Source: an uncultured Chloroflexia bacterium (lineage in GTDB: Bacteria; Chloroflexota; Limnocylindria; Limnocylindrales; CSP1-4). Taken from it: a stretch of DNA of 64,000 nucleotides. Below, in pieces: positions 8,885-18,800 of this stretch; the stretch's first letter is position 1, and each line of letters opens with the position of its first letter. Below the pieces are notes generated by a model that saw only the letters and a list, made by a program, of their open reading frames with translations, did no database searches and was not told the DNA's origin. Both the position numbers and the translations under genes were made by a program. The DNA lies in assembly GCA_963746075.1 (NCBI GenBank), contig CAVUZY010000007.1, positions 143,338-207,337 on the forward strand, given 5' to 3'.

Positions 8885-10657
8885 TCAGCGCCCGTACGCG
8901 TCCCGCCGCAGCCCGATCACGATCGCCGTCAGCTCGGGGCCCGAGACGCCCATCCGCTGGAGCGCATGGCGTGCCAGCTCGAGGGCAGCCTCCGCCTCCG
9001 GGTCGGCGACCCGCCCGGCGCCCAGTTTCCGGAGCGCGTCGACCTCCGTCCGGCCGCGGGCTCGAGCCGCGATCATCAGCTGGGGATTGATCCGGCGGGC
9101 GCGCTCCGTGGCGAGCCGCGCGGTCAGCGGGTCGGCGATCGCGACGATCAGGACCCGGGCCCGGTCGAGGCCGGCCCGCGCCAGGATGTGCGGGTTCGCG
9201 GCGTCGCCGAAGATCGTCTCCGCCCCGAGTGCCGCGACCAGCTCGAGCGGATGGCTGTCGCGGTCGATGACGACGCAGCGCAGGCCGCGCTGGCGGACTG
9301 CCCGGACCACGAGCCGCCCGACGTGGCCGCCGCCGAGGACGACCACCGCCAGCCGCCGCTCGGCATCGTCGGCGCTGAACGCGAGCTCCGTCCGCGTGGT
9401 CGGTGGCGCGCCGGCGGTCGGCCCCTCGTCGGTCGGGATAGGCGCCCCCGTGTCCTGGCGTGCCTCATGGCGCAGCGCGAGCGTACGACGCGAGGCGCTG
9501 GGCGAATGGCGTGAGCACGATCGACACGACCGCGGTGCCGAGGATGAGGTTGTAGGCATCGCCGTCGATCAGCGTCAGGGCGAGGGCATCCTCGGCCAGG
9601 ATGAAGCTGAACTCGCCGACCTGGGCCATGGTCCCGCCGAGCAGGAACGCCGAGCGGACGGGCAGGCCGAAGGCAACACCGAGGCCGGCAACCACGGCGC
9701 CCTTGCCGACGACGGCGATCACGACGAGGACGGCGATCAGCGGCGCTTCGGCCACGAGCGCTGTCGGATCCACGAGCATCCCGACCGACACGAAGAACAG
9801 GACGGCGAACAGGTCGCGGAACGGGATGACCTCGGCCGCCGCCTGGTACGACAGGTCGGACTCGGACACGACGATCCCGCCAACGAACGCACCGAGGGCC
9901 AGCGACAGGCCGAACACCGCGCTCGAGACGAAGGCCGTCAGCAGCGCCGTCGCGACGACGGCCAGCAGGAACAGCTCGTTGGACCCGAGCCGGGCGATGC
10001 CCCGGAACAGGCGCGGCAGGAGTCTGGTCCCGACCACGTACGCGAGTGCCAGGAAGAGCGCGCCCTTCACGATCGCCAGGACGAACGGCCCAACGAGGTC
10101 GCCGCCCGCCAGCGGCGGCAAGGCAACGATGAAGACGATCGTGGCAATGTCCTGGACGATCGACCAGCCGATCGCCGCCCGGCCGTGCAGGCTGTCGATC
10201 TCGCCGCGATCGATCAGCGACTTGATCACGACGAGGGTCGACGAGATCGACAGGCAGGCGCCGACGACGAGCGCCTCGCGCAGCCCGAACCCGAGCCCCA
10301 GCGACACGCGGCGCCGAACCCGAGGATGAGCGCGACCTGGAGCACTCCGCCGGGCAGCGCCACCCGTCGGACGGCTTGCAGCTCGCGCGGCGCGAACTCC
10401 ACGCCGAGCGCGAACAGCAGCAGGATGACGCCGATGTCGGCGAGGGCCGAGATCTGCTCGACGTCGCCGACGAAGCCCGGCGTGAACGGCCCGATCGCGA
10501 TGCCGGCCAGGAGGTAGCCGACGATCGCCGGCTGCCGCAGGCGGACGGCGATCGCGCCGCCGACGAGGGCCGCTCCGACCGCGCCACCGAGGCCCAGGAT
10601 GAACTGGAGCGGCTCCGTCAGGGCCAGGTCGAACGCGAACGCCGACAGGTCGGGCAT
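8885..10657 (-). pseudogene. Kef-type (CPA2) monovalent cation:proton antiporter with C-terminal RCK/TrkA-N domain; two frame changes as assembled
   Basis: N-terminus MPDLSAFAFDL...PGGVLQVALILGFGA (ORF 10226..10657). After a shift near 10305 it continues SLGLGFGLREALVVGACLSISSTLVV...TPFAQRLASYARA (ORF 9465..10664). Near 9478 it returns to the first frame with LRHEARQ...LAVVVLGGGHVGRLVV...GDAANPHILARAG (ORF 8885..9559, Rossmann RCK). Confidence 0.75.
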
Positions 10658-10712
10658 GCGTCATTATCCGTGGCCGTCACCACTCCATGGGCTCACGTCA
10701 CGAGGTTCGGCC

Positions 10713-11429
10713 TTGGCGCGTCGAAGCGCTGTGCACCGCCTGCCGTCCCTGCTCCTGGCGTGCGTCGTCCTGGTCGGGTGCATCGCCACGACCGAGGAGC
10801 CGATCCGCCCGCCCGCGAGCGCGCCAAGCCGGACACCCGCTGTCGACCCGACGGCCACCGTGGCCGCGCCATCGCCCACGTTCGTGGGCGAGACCCCAGT
10901 AGGGTCGGCGGCGCCGTTGCCCCAAACCGTGGCGATCGCCCCGTCCATCACGCCGGAGGCCTGCCTCATCCGCGTACCGCCGGGGCCCGGCGACGCCGCC
11001 CCGACCGAGGGCGACCTGACGGACTGGTCCCACACGTGGGGTGGGCGGGCGCGCCTCTGCATCGGTGGCGATGTGCCTGCCGAGTTCGAAGGGACGGCGT
11101 GGTGCCAGTGGTCCCCGCGGTTCGACCGAGTTCTCGACGCAGGAATCCTTCCGCTTCCCGTCGACGCAGCCACCGGCGACATCGACGCCGGCGTGTCCCT
11201 GGAGATGGGCGCGGCCTACGTCAGCGGCACCTCGCCGGCGGGAATCATCGCCTCCTGGGATGGCGTTCTAGCAGATGACGACGTGCGGAGCCACGACCGA
11301 GGACGGCGGGGAATCGCCCGTTTCTCCGTCCAGGCTCTGCCTCCCGACCCAGAGAATCCGCCGCCGGTCCTGCCCCCGGATGTCGTCGGGTTGTTCCGGT
11401 GGACGTGCGTCGAGCCGGATCCGTCCTGA
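10713..11429 (+). CDS. Hypothetical lipoprotein
   Basis: In-frame TTG 10713 (or GTG 10731) gives MARRSAVHRLPSLLLACVVLVGC with lipobox LVGC. The rest is Pro/Ala-rich, then a Cys-containing globular part. No family recognised. Confidence 0.5.
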   Translation: MARRSAVHRLPSLLLACVVLVGCIATTEEPIRPPASAPSRTPAVDPTATVAAPSPTFVGETPVGSAAPLPQTVAIAPSITPEACLIRVPPGPGDAAPTEGDLTDWSHTWGGRARLCIGGDVPAEFEGTAWCQWSPRFDRVLDAGILPLPVDAATGDIDAGVSLEMGAAYVSGTSPAGIIASWDGVLADDDVRSHDRGRRGIARFSVQALPPDPENPPPVLPPDVVGLFRWTCVEPDPS

Positions 11430-11438
11430 ACGACCTGG

Positions 11439-12242
11439 TCAGCCTCGGGTCGCGCCGCCCTCGGTGAACTTCTCCGACGCCGCCATCGCCGCACCGACGA
11501 TCCCGGCGTCGTTGCGGAGCGTGGCCGGCACGACCCGCGGCCGGATCGTCAGGCGCGGGATGAACTTGTCGGCGTTCTTGCTGACCCCACCGCCGAGAAT
11601 GATCAGGTTCGGCGAGAACAGCTTGTCGATCGCGTGGAGATGCTCATCGAGGTCGCTCGCCCAGGCCTTCCAGGACAGGCCGCGCCGGGTCCGGGCGACG
11701 GCCGCCGAGCGGCGCTCCGCGTCGCGGCCCCGGATCTCCATGTGGCCGAGCTCGGTGTTGGGGACGAGGACCCCGTCGTTGAACATGCCCGAGCCGAGTC
11801 CCGTTCCGAGCGTCAGCACGAACACGACGCCGCGCTCGCCGGCGCCGGCGCCGAAGCGCATCTCCGCGAGCCCCGCGGCATCGGCGTCGTTGAGGACGTA
11901 GACCGGGCGCTTCATCGCCTGGCGGAGATGGCTGCCGAGGTCGTAGTCGATCCACAGCGGATCGATGTTGGCCGCCGATTTCGTCACCCCGTCGATGACC
12001 ACGGCCGGCATGCCGACCCCGACCGGGATGTCCGCCCCCTCGACCTTCGCCTCCTGCATCGCGCGTTTGACGGTCCGGACGATGACCGGGACGACGACGT
12101 CCGGCGTCGACGGCTGGGGCGTCGCGACACGTAACCGTGGTCCGATCAGCGTCCCGTGCTCGACATCGACCACGGAGACCTTGATCCCGCTCCCGCCGAC
12201 GTCGACCCCGAGGGCGACGCGCTGTGGTGTTGTTCCGGCCAT
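11439..12242 (-). CDS. ppgK: Polyphosphate glucokinase (ROK family)
   Basis: 267-aa ORF with GVDVGGSGIK, VLNDADAAG, LTLGTGLGSG and ELGHMEI; size and motifs are those of actinobacterial PpgK. Confidence 0.85.
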   Translation of the reverse strand: MAGTTPQRVALGVDVGGSGIKVSVVDVEHGTLIGPRLRVATPQPSTPDVVVPVIVRTVKRAMQEAKVEGADIPVGVGMPAVVIDGVTKSAANIDPLWIDYDLGSHLRQAMKRPVYVLNDADAAGLAEMRFGAGAGERGVVFVLTLGTGLGSGMFNDGVLVPNTELGHMEIRGRDAERRSAAVARTRRGLSWKAWASDLDEHLHAIDKLFSPNLIILGGGVSKNADKFIPRLTIRPRVVPATLRNDAGIVGAAMAASEKFTEGGATRG

Positions 12243-12278
12243 CCCGTCCGCCTCAGAGGTCGATGACTGCGTGCCGGA

Positions 12279-13046
12279 TCAAAAGTAGTTCACCGTGATT
12301 CCGCCGTCGATCACGAGGTTCGCGCCGTTCGTCCAGCGGCTCTCGTCCGACGCCAGGTAGACCGCGGCGTGGACGATCTCCTCCGGCTTGCCGAAGCGAC
12401 CGGTCGGGTTGCGCGCGAGGCGGAGCTGCTTGGCCGCCTCGTCCTTCACGAGCCAGTCCATGAGCAGCGGCGTCTCGATCGGGCCGGGCGAGATCGAGTT
12501 CGTGCGGACGCCCTGCGGCGCGAACTGGACCGCGAGGCTCTTCGTCAGGGCAAGGACCGCGCCCTTCGACGCCGTATAGGCATCCTGCGGCACCGAGCAG
12601 CCGAGGATCGCGACGAACGAGGCGATGTTGATGATCGAGCCCGACTCCTGTTCGAGCATCTTCGGGATCGCGTACTTGCAGCCGAGATAGACGCCGCGGA
12701 GGTTGACCGCCATGACCTTGTCCCACGTCTCGACGTCAGTGTCGATGACCGAGTGATCGGCCGCCGGCATGATCCCGGCATTGTTGTAGAGGACGTCGAC
12801 CCGGCCGAATGTCGCGACGGCGTGGTCGACCATCGCCCGCGCCTGATCGTCCTTCGAGACGTCGGCGGCGACAGCGGTCGCGCGACCACCGGCCGCGGTC
12901 ACCTCGGCCGCGACCGACTCGGCCATCTCCTCGGTGACGTCGACGCAGACGACCTTCGCGCCTTCGGCGGCGAACATCCGGGCCGCGGTCCGGCCCATGC
13001 CGCCACCGGCGCCGGTGATGATCGTGACCTTGTCCTCGAGACGCAC
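12279..13046 (-). CDS. SDR family oxidoreductase
   Basis: GTG 13046 preceded by GGGAGGAG. TGAGGGMG (cofactor), NNAG and YTASK (YxxxK) motifs. The annotated 337-aa ORF has a spurious N-terminal extension. Confidence 0.9.
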   Translation of the reverse strand: MRLEDKVTIITGAGGGMGRTAARMFAAEGAKVVCVDVTEEMAESVAAEVTAAGGRATAVAADVSKDDQARAMVDHAVATFGRVDVLYNNAGIMPAADHSVIDTDVETWDKVMAVNLRGVYLGCKYAIPKMLEQESGSIINIASFVAILGCSVPQDAYTASKGAVLALTKSLAVQFAPQGVRTNSISPGPIETPLLMDWLVKDEAAKQLRLARNPTGRFGKPEEIVHAAVYLASDESRWTNGANLVIDGGITVNYF

Positions 13047-13149
13047 GGTCGCAGGCTCCTCCCTCAGGGATGCCGGTGCCGCGGCGGTCGGGCCGGGGTC
13101 GCCGGGGAGGCCGCCGGTGCAGCGCGGCCTGGGTGGATGGTACTCGCGC

Positions 13150-13608
13150 TCAGGCGTCGCGGAGGAGGCGTTGCTCGATGATCGCGACGGCGGCGGCGAG
13201 GGCCGCCCGGTCCGTGCGCGGGACCCCGACGAGCAGGGCGTCGAGGGCGGCGACGCGGCGGGCGCGGCCCGCGACGAGGATGGCCCGGCCACGTTCCGTG
13301 GCCGCGATCCGCTGGGTCCGGCGGTCGTCCGGGTCGGCGGTCCGGACGACGAGGCCGTCGGCCTCGAGCGCGGCCACCAGCCGGGTCATCGTCGGCGGAC
13401 TCACGCCCTCGTCGCGGGCGAGGCGACCGATCGGCCGCGGACCGCCGAAGACGAGCACCGACAGGGCCGACAGGCGGGCCGGGCTCTCGCCGCTGGCCCG
13501 ATCCTCGCGGGCGAGCCGGCGCAGCAGGTGGAGGACGGCCGAATGGAGACGCGGCGCCAGGTCGTCGCCCGTGGCCGGAGCACTCGGTGCGTGATCTGCT
13601 CTTGACAT
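13150..13608 (-). CDS. MarR family transcriptional regulator
   Basis: From ATG 13608: ...ARLSALSVLVFGGPRPIGRLARDEGVSPPTMTRLVAALEADGLVVR..DPDDRR is a winged-helix MarR core. Confidence 0.85.
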   Translation of the reverse strand: MSRADHAPSAPATGDDLAPRLHSAVLHLLRRLAREDRASGESPARLSALSVLVFGGPRPIGRLARDEGVSPPTMTRLVAALEADGLVVRTADPDDRRTQRIAATERGRAILVAGRARRVAALDALLVGVPRTDRAALAAAVAIIEQRLLRDA

Positions 13609-13621
13609 CTCCGCGCCAGTG

Positions 13622-13644
13622 TAGTTAGTTAGCACAACTAAGTA
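13622..13644. promoter_or_regulatory. Candidate MarR operator in the marR/ankyrin divergent region
   Basis: TAGTTAGTT-agcac-AACTAAGTA: 9-bp inverted repeat with one mismatch (perfect core TTAGTT/AACTAA). It is an AT-rich island in 72% GC DNA, 14 bp from the marR ATG and 18 bp from the ankyrin GTG (SD GGGAGGA at 13648-13654). Confidence 0.45.
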
Positions 13645-13661
13645 TCTGGGAGGATCTCCGG

Positions 13662-14316
13662 GTGTCCACCGCGCTCTTCTCCGCGATCGACGCCGGGGAC
13701 GGCGCCGCGGTCGCCGCGATCCTTGCCACGACCCCGGGCTCCGCCGCAGCGCGCGACGGCGACGGCGTGAGCGCGACGATGCACGCGCTGTACCACGGCC
13801 GGCCGGCGATCGCCGAGGAGCTCGCGGCGGCGCTGCCCGAGCTCGACGTCTTCGAGGCGGCGGCGCTCGGGCGGGTCGAGCGTGTCCAGGGGCTGCTCGC
13901 GGCCGATCCCGGTCTGGCGATCGCCCGGTCCGCCGACGGGTTCACCGCACTCCACTTTCCGGCGTTCTTCGGTCGCGGCCGGGCCGCCGAGACGAGCCGA
14001 CTCCTCCTCGCTGCCGGCGCCGACGTCAACGCCCGGTCCGACAACCCATTCTCGGTGCTGCCCATCCACTCGGCCGTCGCCGGCAACCACGACGACGTCG
14101 TGGCGGTCCTGGTCGACGGCCGGCGCCGACGTGAACGCTCGCCAGCGTCACGGCTGGACGCCGCTCCACGGGGCTGCCCACAACGGATCGCTGGCCTCCG
14201 TCGATCGACTCCTGGCAGCCGGCGCCGATCCGGCGGCCGCGAACGACGACGGCGCCACGGCGATCAGCCTCGCCCGCGCCGCCGGTCACGACGCGATCGT
14301 CGCGCTTCTCGGCTGA
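13662..14316 (+). pseudogene. Ankyrin-repeat protein; one frameshift near 14117 as assembled
   Basis: GFTALHFPAFFG..LLLAAGADVNA and PIHSAVAGNHDDVVAVLVD in ORF 13662. Continues GADVNARQRHGWTPLHGAAHNGSLASVDRLLAAGADPAAANDDGATAISLA in ORF 13882..14316. The junction gtcgacGGccggcgcc looks like one extra G. Confidence 0.75.
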
Positions 14317-14329
14317 GCGCGCCGTCAGC

Positions 14330-14707
14330 TCAGGCCGGGGTTCGGCCGCGTCGTTCCGCCAGGAGCGCCCGCCGGACCTCGGCGAAGCCGGCCGCGATGG
14401 CCGCGACGCGCTCGGCGGCGTCCGGCACCGGATCGACCGTCCGGGCCGCCTCCTCGAGGCCGCGACACAGATCGCCCAGGGCCAAGGCACCGACGTTGAG
14501 GCTGCCGCTCTTCAGCGAGTGGGCCGGTCGGACCAGCGCCTGGGCGTCGCCGCTGGCCAGTGCCGCCTCCAGGGCCTCGATCTGGCCGGCGCCGTCGTCG
14601 AGATAGGTGTCGACGAGCTCGTCGACGAACGCGAGGTCGCCGCCGGTGATCTCGACGAGGTTGGCGAAGGCAGCGGGGTCGATCGGATCGGCCGCGTCGT
14701 GGGTCAT
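14330..14707 (-). CDS. Histidine phosphotransfer (Hpt) domain protein
   Basis: From ATG 14707: MTHDAADP...LVRPAHSLKSGSLNVGALALGDLC contains the HxxKG/S phospho-accepting motif. ATG overlaps the upstream TGA (ATGA 14704-14707). Confidence 0.8.
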   Translation of the reverse strand: MTHDAADPIDPAAFANLVEITGGDLAFVDELVDTYLDDGAGQIEALEAALASGDAQALVRPAHSLKSGSLNVGALALGDLCRGLEEAARTVDPVPDAAERVAAIAAGFAEVRRALLAERRGRTPA

Positions 14708-15840
14708 CCCTCGGCCGCCGATTCCGCGCCCGATGCAGATCCGGCCGCGTAGACCGGCATCGGCCGGCTGAAGCCCTTGAGCTGGCGCTCCCCGACCGGC
14801 TCGGCGAGCGCTTCGTCGATCGCGGCGTAGGTCCGGGCCGCCATCAGGATCTGGCCGGCCACCGCCTCGCCGCTGAGCCGCGACGCCAGGATGATCGCAT
14901 TGCCCACGCCGCCGTAGTCGTAGCGGCCTTCGAACCCGATCCGGCCCATCGTGGCGTAGCCGGTGGCGATCCCGATCCCGACCTCGAGCACGTGACCCCG
15001 CCGGCGCCACTCGGCCGCGATGTCCTTGAACCGCTCGCGGATGTCGAGAGCGAGCTGGACCGATCGCTGAGCGTGGTCGGCCTGGAGCACCGGGTCGTTG
15101 AAGAACACCATGATCCCGTCACCGGCGAAGTGCTCCAGCGTGCCTTCGTGGGCGACGACGAGGGCGCCGAGGGTGGCGTGATAGAGCCGCAGGAAGCCGA
15201 GGACCTCCTCGGGCTCGGCGGTCTCGGAGAACACCGTGAAGTTGCGGAGGTCGCAGAACATCGCCGTGATCTCGCGTCGATGGCCGGCCAGCATCGCCTC
15301 GCCGTCCGGGCTCGACACGAGGGCAGCGACCTGGGGCGACAGGAAGCGGGCCAGCTGGGAGCGCTGGCGGTCGATCGTGCCGAGGAGGGCCCGCTCCTGG
15401 TCACGCAGGCGCTTCTGGCCGAGCGAGGCCGCGATCCGGGCCCGCAGGATGGCCGGGTCGACGGTCTTCGGCAGGTAGTCCGCCGCGCCCATCTCGATGC
15501 AGCGCACGACGCTGTCGAGCTCGTCGACGCCGGAGATGACGATCACCGGGATGTCCCTGAGCGCGTCGTCGGACTTCAGGGCGGCGAGCGTCTCGTAGCC
15601 GTCCATCTCGGGCATGACGATGTCGAGCAGGATCAGGTCGATCGGCTCGGTCGCCGGGTCGCGCAGGATCGCGAGGGCCGCCCGGCCGTCGCCCGCCTCG
15701 ACCGAGACATGCCCGATCTTGCCGAGCAGGCGGGTCAGGAGCTGCCGGTTGAACGGCGTGTCGTCGACGACGAGGACGCGTCCGGTCAGGGTGTCGCGAT
15801 CGAGGGCCGCGGCGGGGGCCGAAGGCTCGTGCTCGTTCAT
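14704..15840 (-). CDS. Response-regulator receiver fused to class III adenylate/guanylate cyclase catalytic domain
   Basis: From ATG 15840: [11 protein letters not shown]...[13 protein letters not shown]...KTV (receiver), then [12 protein letters not shown]...AGDGIMVFF...[13 protein letters not shown] (class III cyclase metal and transition-state motifs). As assembled it is in frame with the upstream kinase, with no intervening stop. Confidence 0.75.
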   Translation of the reverse strand: MNEHEPSAPAAALDRDTLTGRVLVVDDTPFNRQLLTRLLGKIGHVSVEAGDGRAALAILRDPATEPIDLILLDIVMPEMDGYETLAALKSDDALRDIPVIVISGVDELDSVVRCIEMGAADYLPKTVDPAILRARIAASLGQKRLRDQERALLGTIDRQRSQLARFLSPQVAALVSSPDGEAMLAGHRREITAMFCDLRNFTVFSETAEPEEVLGFLRLYHATLGALVVAHEGTLEHFAGDGIMVFFNDPVLQADHAQRSVQLALDIRERFKDIAAEWRRRGHVLEVGIGIATGYATMGRIGFEGRYDYGGVGNAIILASRLSGEAVAGQILMAARTYAAIDEALAEPVGERQLKGFSRPMPVYAAGSASGAESAAEG

Positions 15841-18800
15841 GACGCGGCTGGCCCCGCCGGACCAGCGACCGGGCCTGGAGATCGGGCTCGCGCCGGTCGC
15901 GGCGATCGCCCGGGCGAGCTCGTCGGGGCGGATCGGCTTGGAGACGTAGTCGTCCATGCCCGCCGCGAGACATGCCTCGCGGTCGCCGGCCATCGCGTTC
16001 GCGGTCAGGCCGACGATCCGGATGGCCCGCTCCGGCCAGCGCTCGCGCACCCGGCGCGTGGCCTCCAGGCCGTCGAGCCGGGGCATCTGGACGTCCATCA
16101 GGATCACGTCGAACTCGGCGGTCTCGAGCGCGTCGATCACCTCCTGGCCGTCCTCGACCACCGTCGGCCCGTCGTGACCCATCCGCTCGAGCAGGCGGAT
16201 GGCCAGCTTCTGGTTCACGGCGTTGTCCTCGGCAAGGAGGATCCGGAGGCCGGCCGTCGTCCCCGCGACCGGCGTGGCTGACGTCCCCCGATCTGCCCGG
16301 CTCACGACCTCCTCGCCGGACACGGCCGTCGAGAGCGCATCGTGGAGCGCGGACGGCTTGACCGGCTTCACGAGCATCGCCCGGACATTCGGGGCCGTCC
16401 CGGCGTGTTGCCCGATCGACGACAGGATCACCACCGGAATCGGCGCCTCGGGGCGGAGGTCGCGCAGGTCGCCCGCCAGCTCGATCCCGTCGCGTTCGGG
16501 CATCAGGAGGTCGAGCACCGCGACGTCGAACCCCTGGCCGGCCCGGACCCACTCGATCGCCTCGAGCGGCGAGGCCGTCGCCGCCGCCTCGACCTCCCAG
16601 CGCTGGAGGAGTGTCGTCAGGATCCGCCGGTTGGTCGAGTTGTCGTCGACGACGAGGACCCGGCACCCGCGCAGGCTCCGCGGCTCCGGCATCGGCACCG
16701 CGTCCGGGAGCGTCGTGACCTGGACCGGCAGGCTCAGACGGAACACGCTGCCTTCGCCGGCGATGCCGCTGCTGGTGGCCGTCAAGCGTGCCGCCCATCG
16801 ATTCGGCCAGGCGGCGGCTGATCGCCAGGCCCAGACCCGTCCCACCGTACCGCCGCGAGATCGAGGCATCGACCTGGCTGAAGGACTGGAACAGCCGATC
16901 CATGGCATCCGGCGGGATCCCGATCCCGGTGTCGCGGACTTCGACCGTCACCGTCCGCGCTGAGCCTGCGCCGGCGGGCGTGGCCTCCAGCGACGAGGAC
17001 GACCTCGCCCTCGTTCGGTGAACTTGACCGCGTTGGACAGGAGGTTGAGGACGATCTGGCGGAGCCGGCCGGCGTCGCCGACGATCGCCTCGGGCAGCTC
17101 GTCGCCCATCGCGTAAACGAGCTCGACCTTCTTCTTGGCCGCCGTCGGGGCGATCACATCGAGGGCGCTCTCGACCGACCCTCGCAGCGAGAACGGCTCG
17201 GACGCGAGGTCGACTCGGCCGGCCTCGATCTTCGAGAAGTCGAGGATGTCGTTGATGATCGTCAGGAGGGCGTCACCGGACGTCCGGATCGTCTCGGCGA
17301 AGTCGCGTTGCTCGTCGTCGAGGGGCGTCTCGAGGAGCAGCCCGCTCATCCCGATGACCGCGTTCATCGGGGTCCGGATCTCGTGGCTCATGGCGGCCAG
17401 GAAGGCGCTCTTGGCCTGATTCGCGCCCTCGGCGGCCGCTCGGGCGTCGCCGGCCTCGCGGAAGAGCCGGGCGTTCTCGATCGCGATCGACGCCTGCCGG
17501 GCGAGGCCGACGAGGAAGTCGAGATCCGCCTGGACGAACGGCACGCCGGCATTCCGCCACACCGCCATCACGCCGGTCACCCGGTCGCGGGCGATGAGCG
17601 GGGCGACCATCAGGCGCTCTTCGGGGACTTCTTCGGTGCCCGGAATCGTGATCGTCCGGGGATCCACTGTCACGTCGTTGATCAGCTCCGGGGTCCGGCG
17701 CTGGATCACGTCGCCGATGATCCCTTCGCCGACCGCGATCGAATCCGCCATCAGCTGCTCGGCGATCCGGCCGAGCGCGAGGATCGCCCGGAACGTCCGG
17801 CCGTCGGCGTCCGCCAGGAAGAGCGCGCTCGAGTCGGCTTCGAGCAGCGACTGCACCCGCTCGCCGATCTGGCGCAGGACGACATCGACGTCGAGCGTCG
17901 CCGAGATCTCCTGGCCGACGGCGGCCAGGGCGGCCATCTCATCGCCCCGGCGATGCGCCTCTCGGTAGAGCCGGGCGTTCTGGATCGCGACGCCGACGTT
18001 GGCGGCGATCGTCGACAGCAGGCGCGAGTCCGATTCTCCGAACCGGCCCTCCTGGGTTGTGCTCTGGACGCTGATCGCGCCGATGGACCGGTCGCCGAGG
18101 ATGATCGGGACGCCGAGGAAGGACTTCGAGAGCGTCCCGACGCCGCGCGTCCCGAGGGCATCCCAGTCCGCTTCGTGGTTCAGCAGGAGAGTCTCGCAAC
18201 TGTCGATGATCTTCGAGGTCAGGCCCTTGCCGAACGGAATCGGCACCCTGCCCCGTGGAGCTGCCGTGCTCGTTGTAGTAGGGGAACTCGATCCGTCCGT
18301 TCTCGACGTCGTGGAGGGCGACGTAGACGATGTCCGCCTCGAACGTCCGGCGCATCTGGTCGCCGACGAGCTGGATGAGCGGATCCAGATCGAGCTGGGT
18401 CGCGAGCGCCTTGCCGACCTCGTTGACGGTCGCCAGCTCGGCCAGCCGCTGGCGGGTCTCCTCGATCAGGCGGACGTTCTCGAGGGCGACGCTCAGGCTC
18501 GAGGCGAGCGTGGTCAGCAGCTCGACGTCGGACTCGGAGAAGGCGTCGTCGCGATCGAGGTTCTGGAGGCTGATCACGCCGCTGACGCCGGTCCCTGCGA
18601 ACAGCGGGGCAATGAGCATCGATCGCGCCGGCTCCCCCTGCATGATGACGGTCTCGCCTAGCGCCATGGAGGCGCTGAGCTCGGCCTCGCCGAGCCGCAG
18701 CGGCTTGCCGGATTCGATGACCTGCTTGCGGAAGCTCCGGATCGGGGTCGGCTCATCCGGATATCGGATCCCACGCTCGATGGCATACGGGTAGTGGATC

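Noticed and set aside
14704-16908. Treating ORF 14704..16908 as one ordinary gene product beginning [13 protein letters not shown].
   Set aside because: Its first ~45 residues are out-of-frame text. The true upstream continuation (HATPase G-boxes) is in ORF 15401..16951, so this ORF is a fragment of the hybrid kinase plus the receiver-cyclase, not a self-contained gene.
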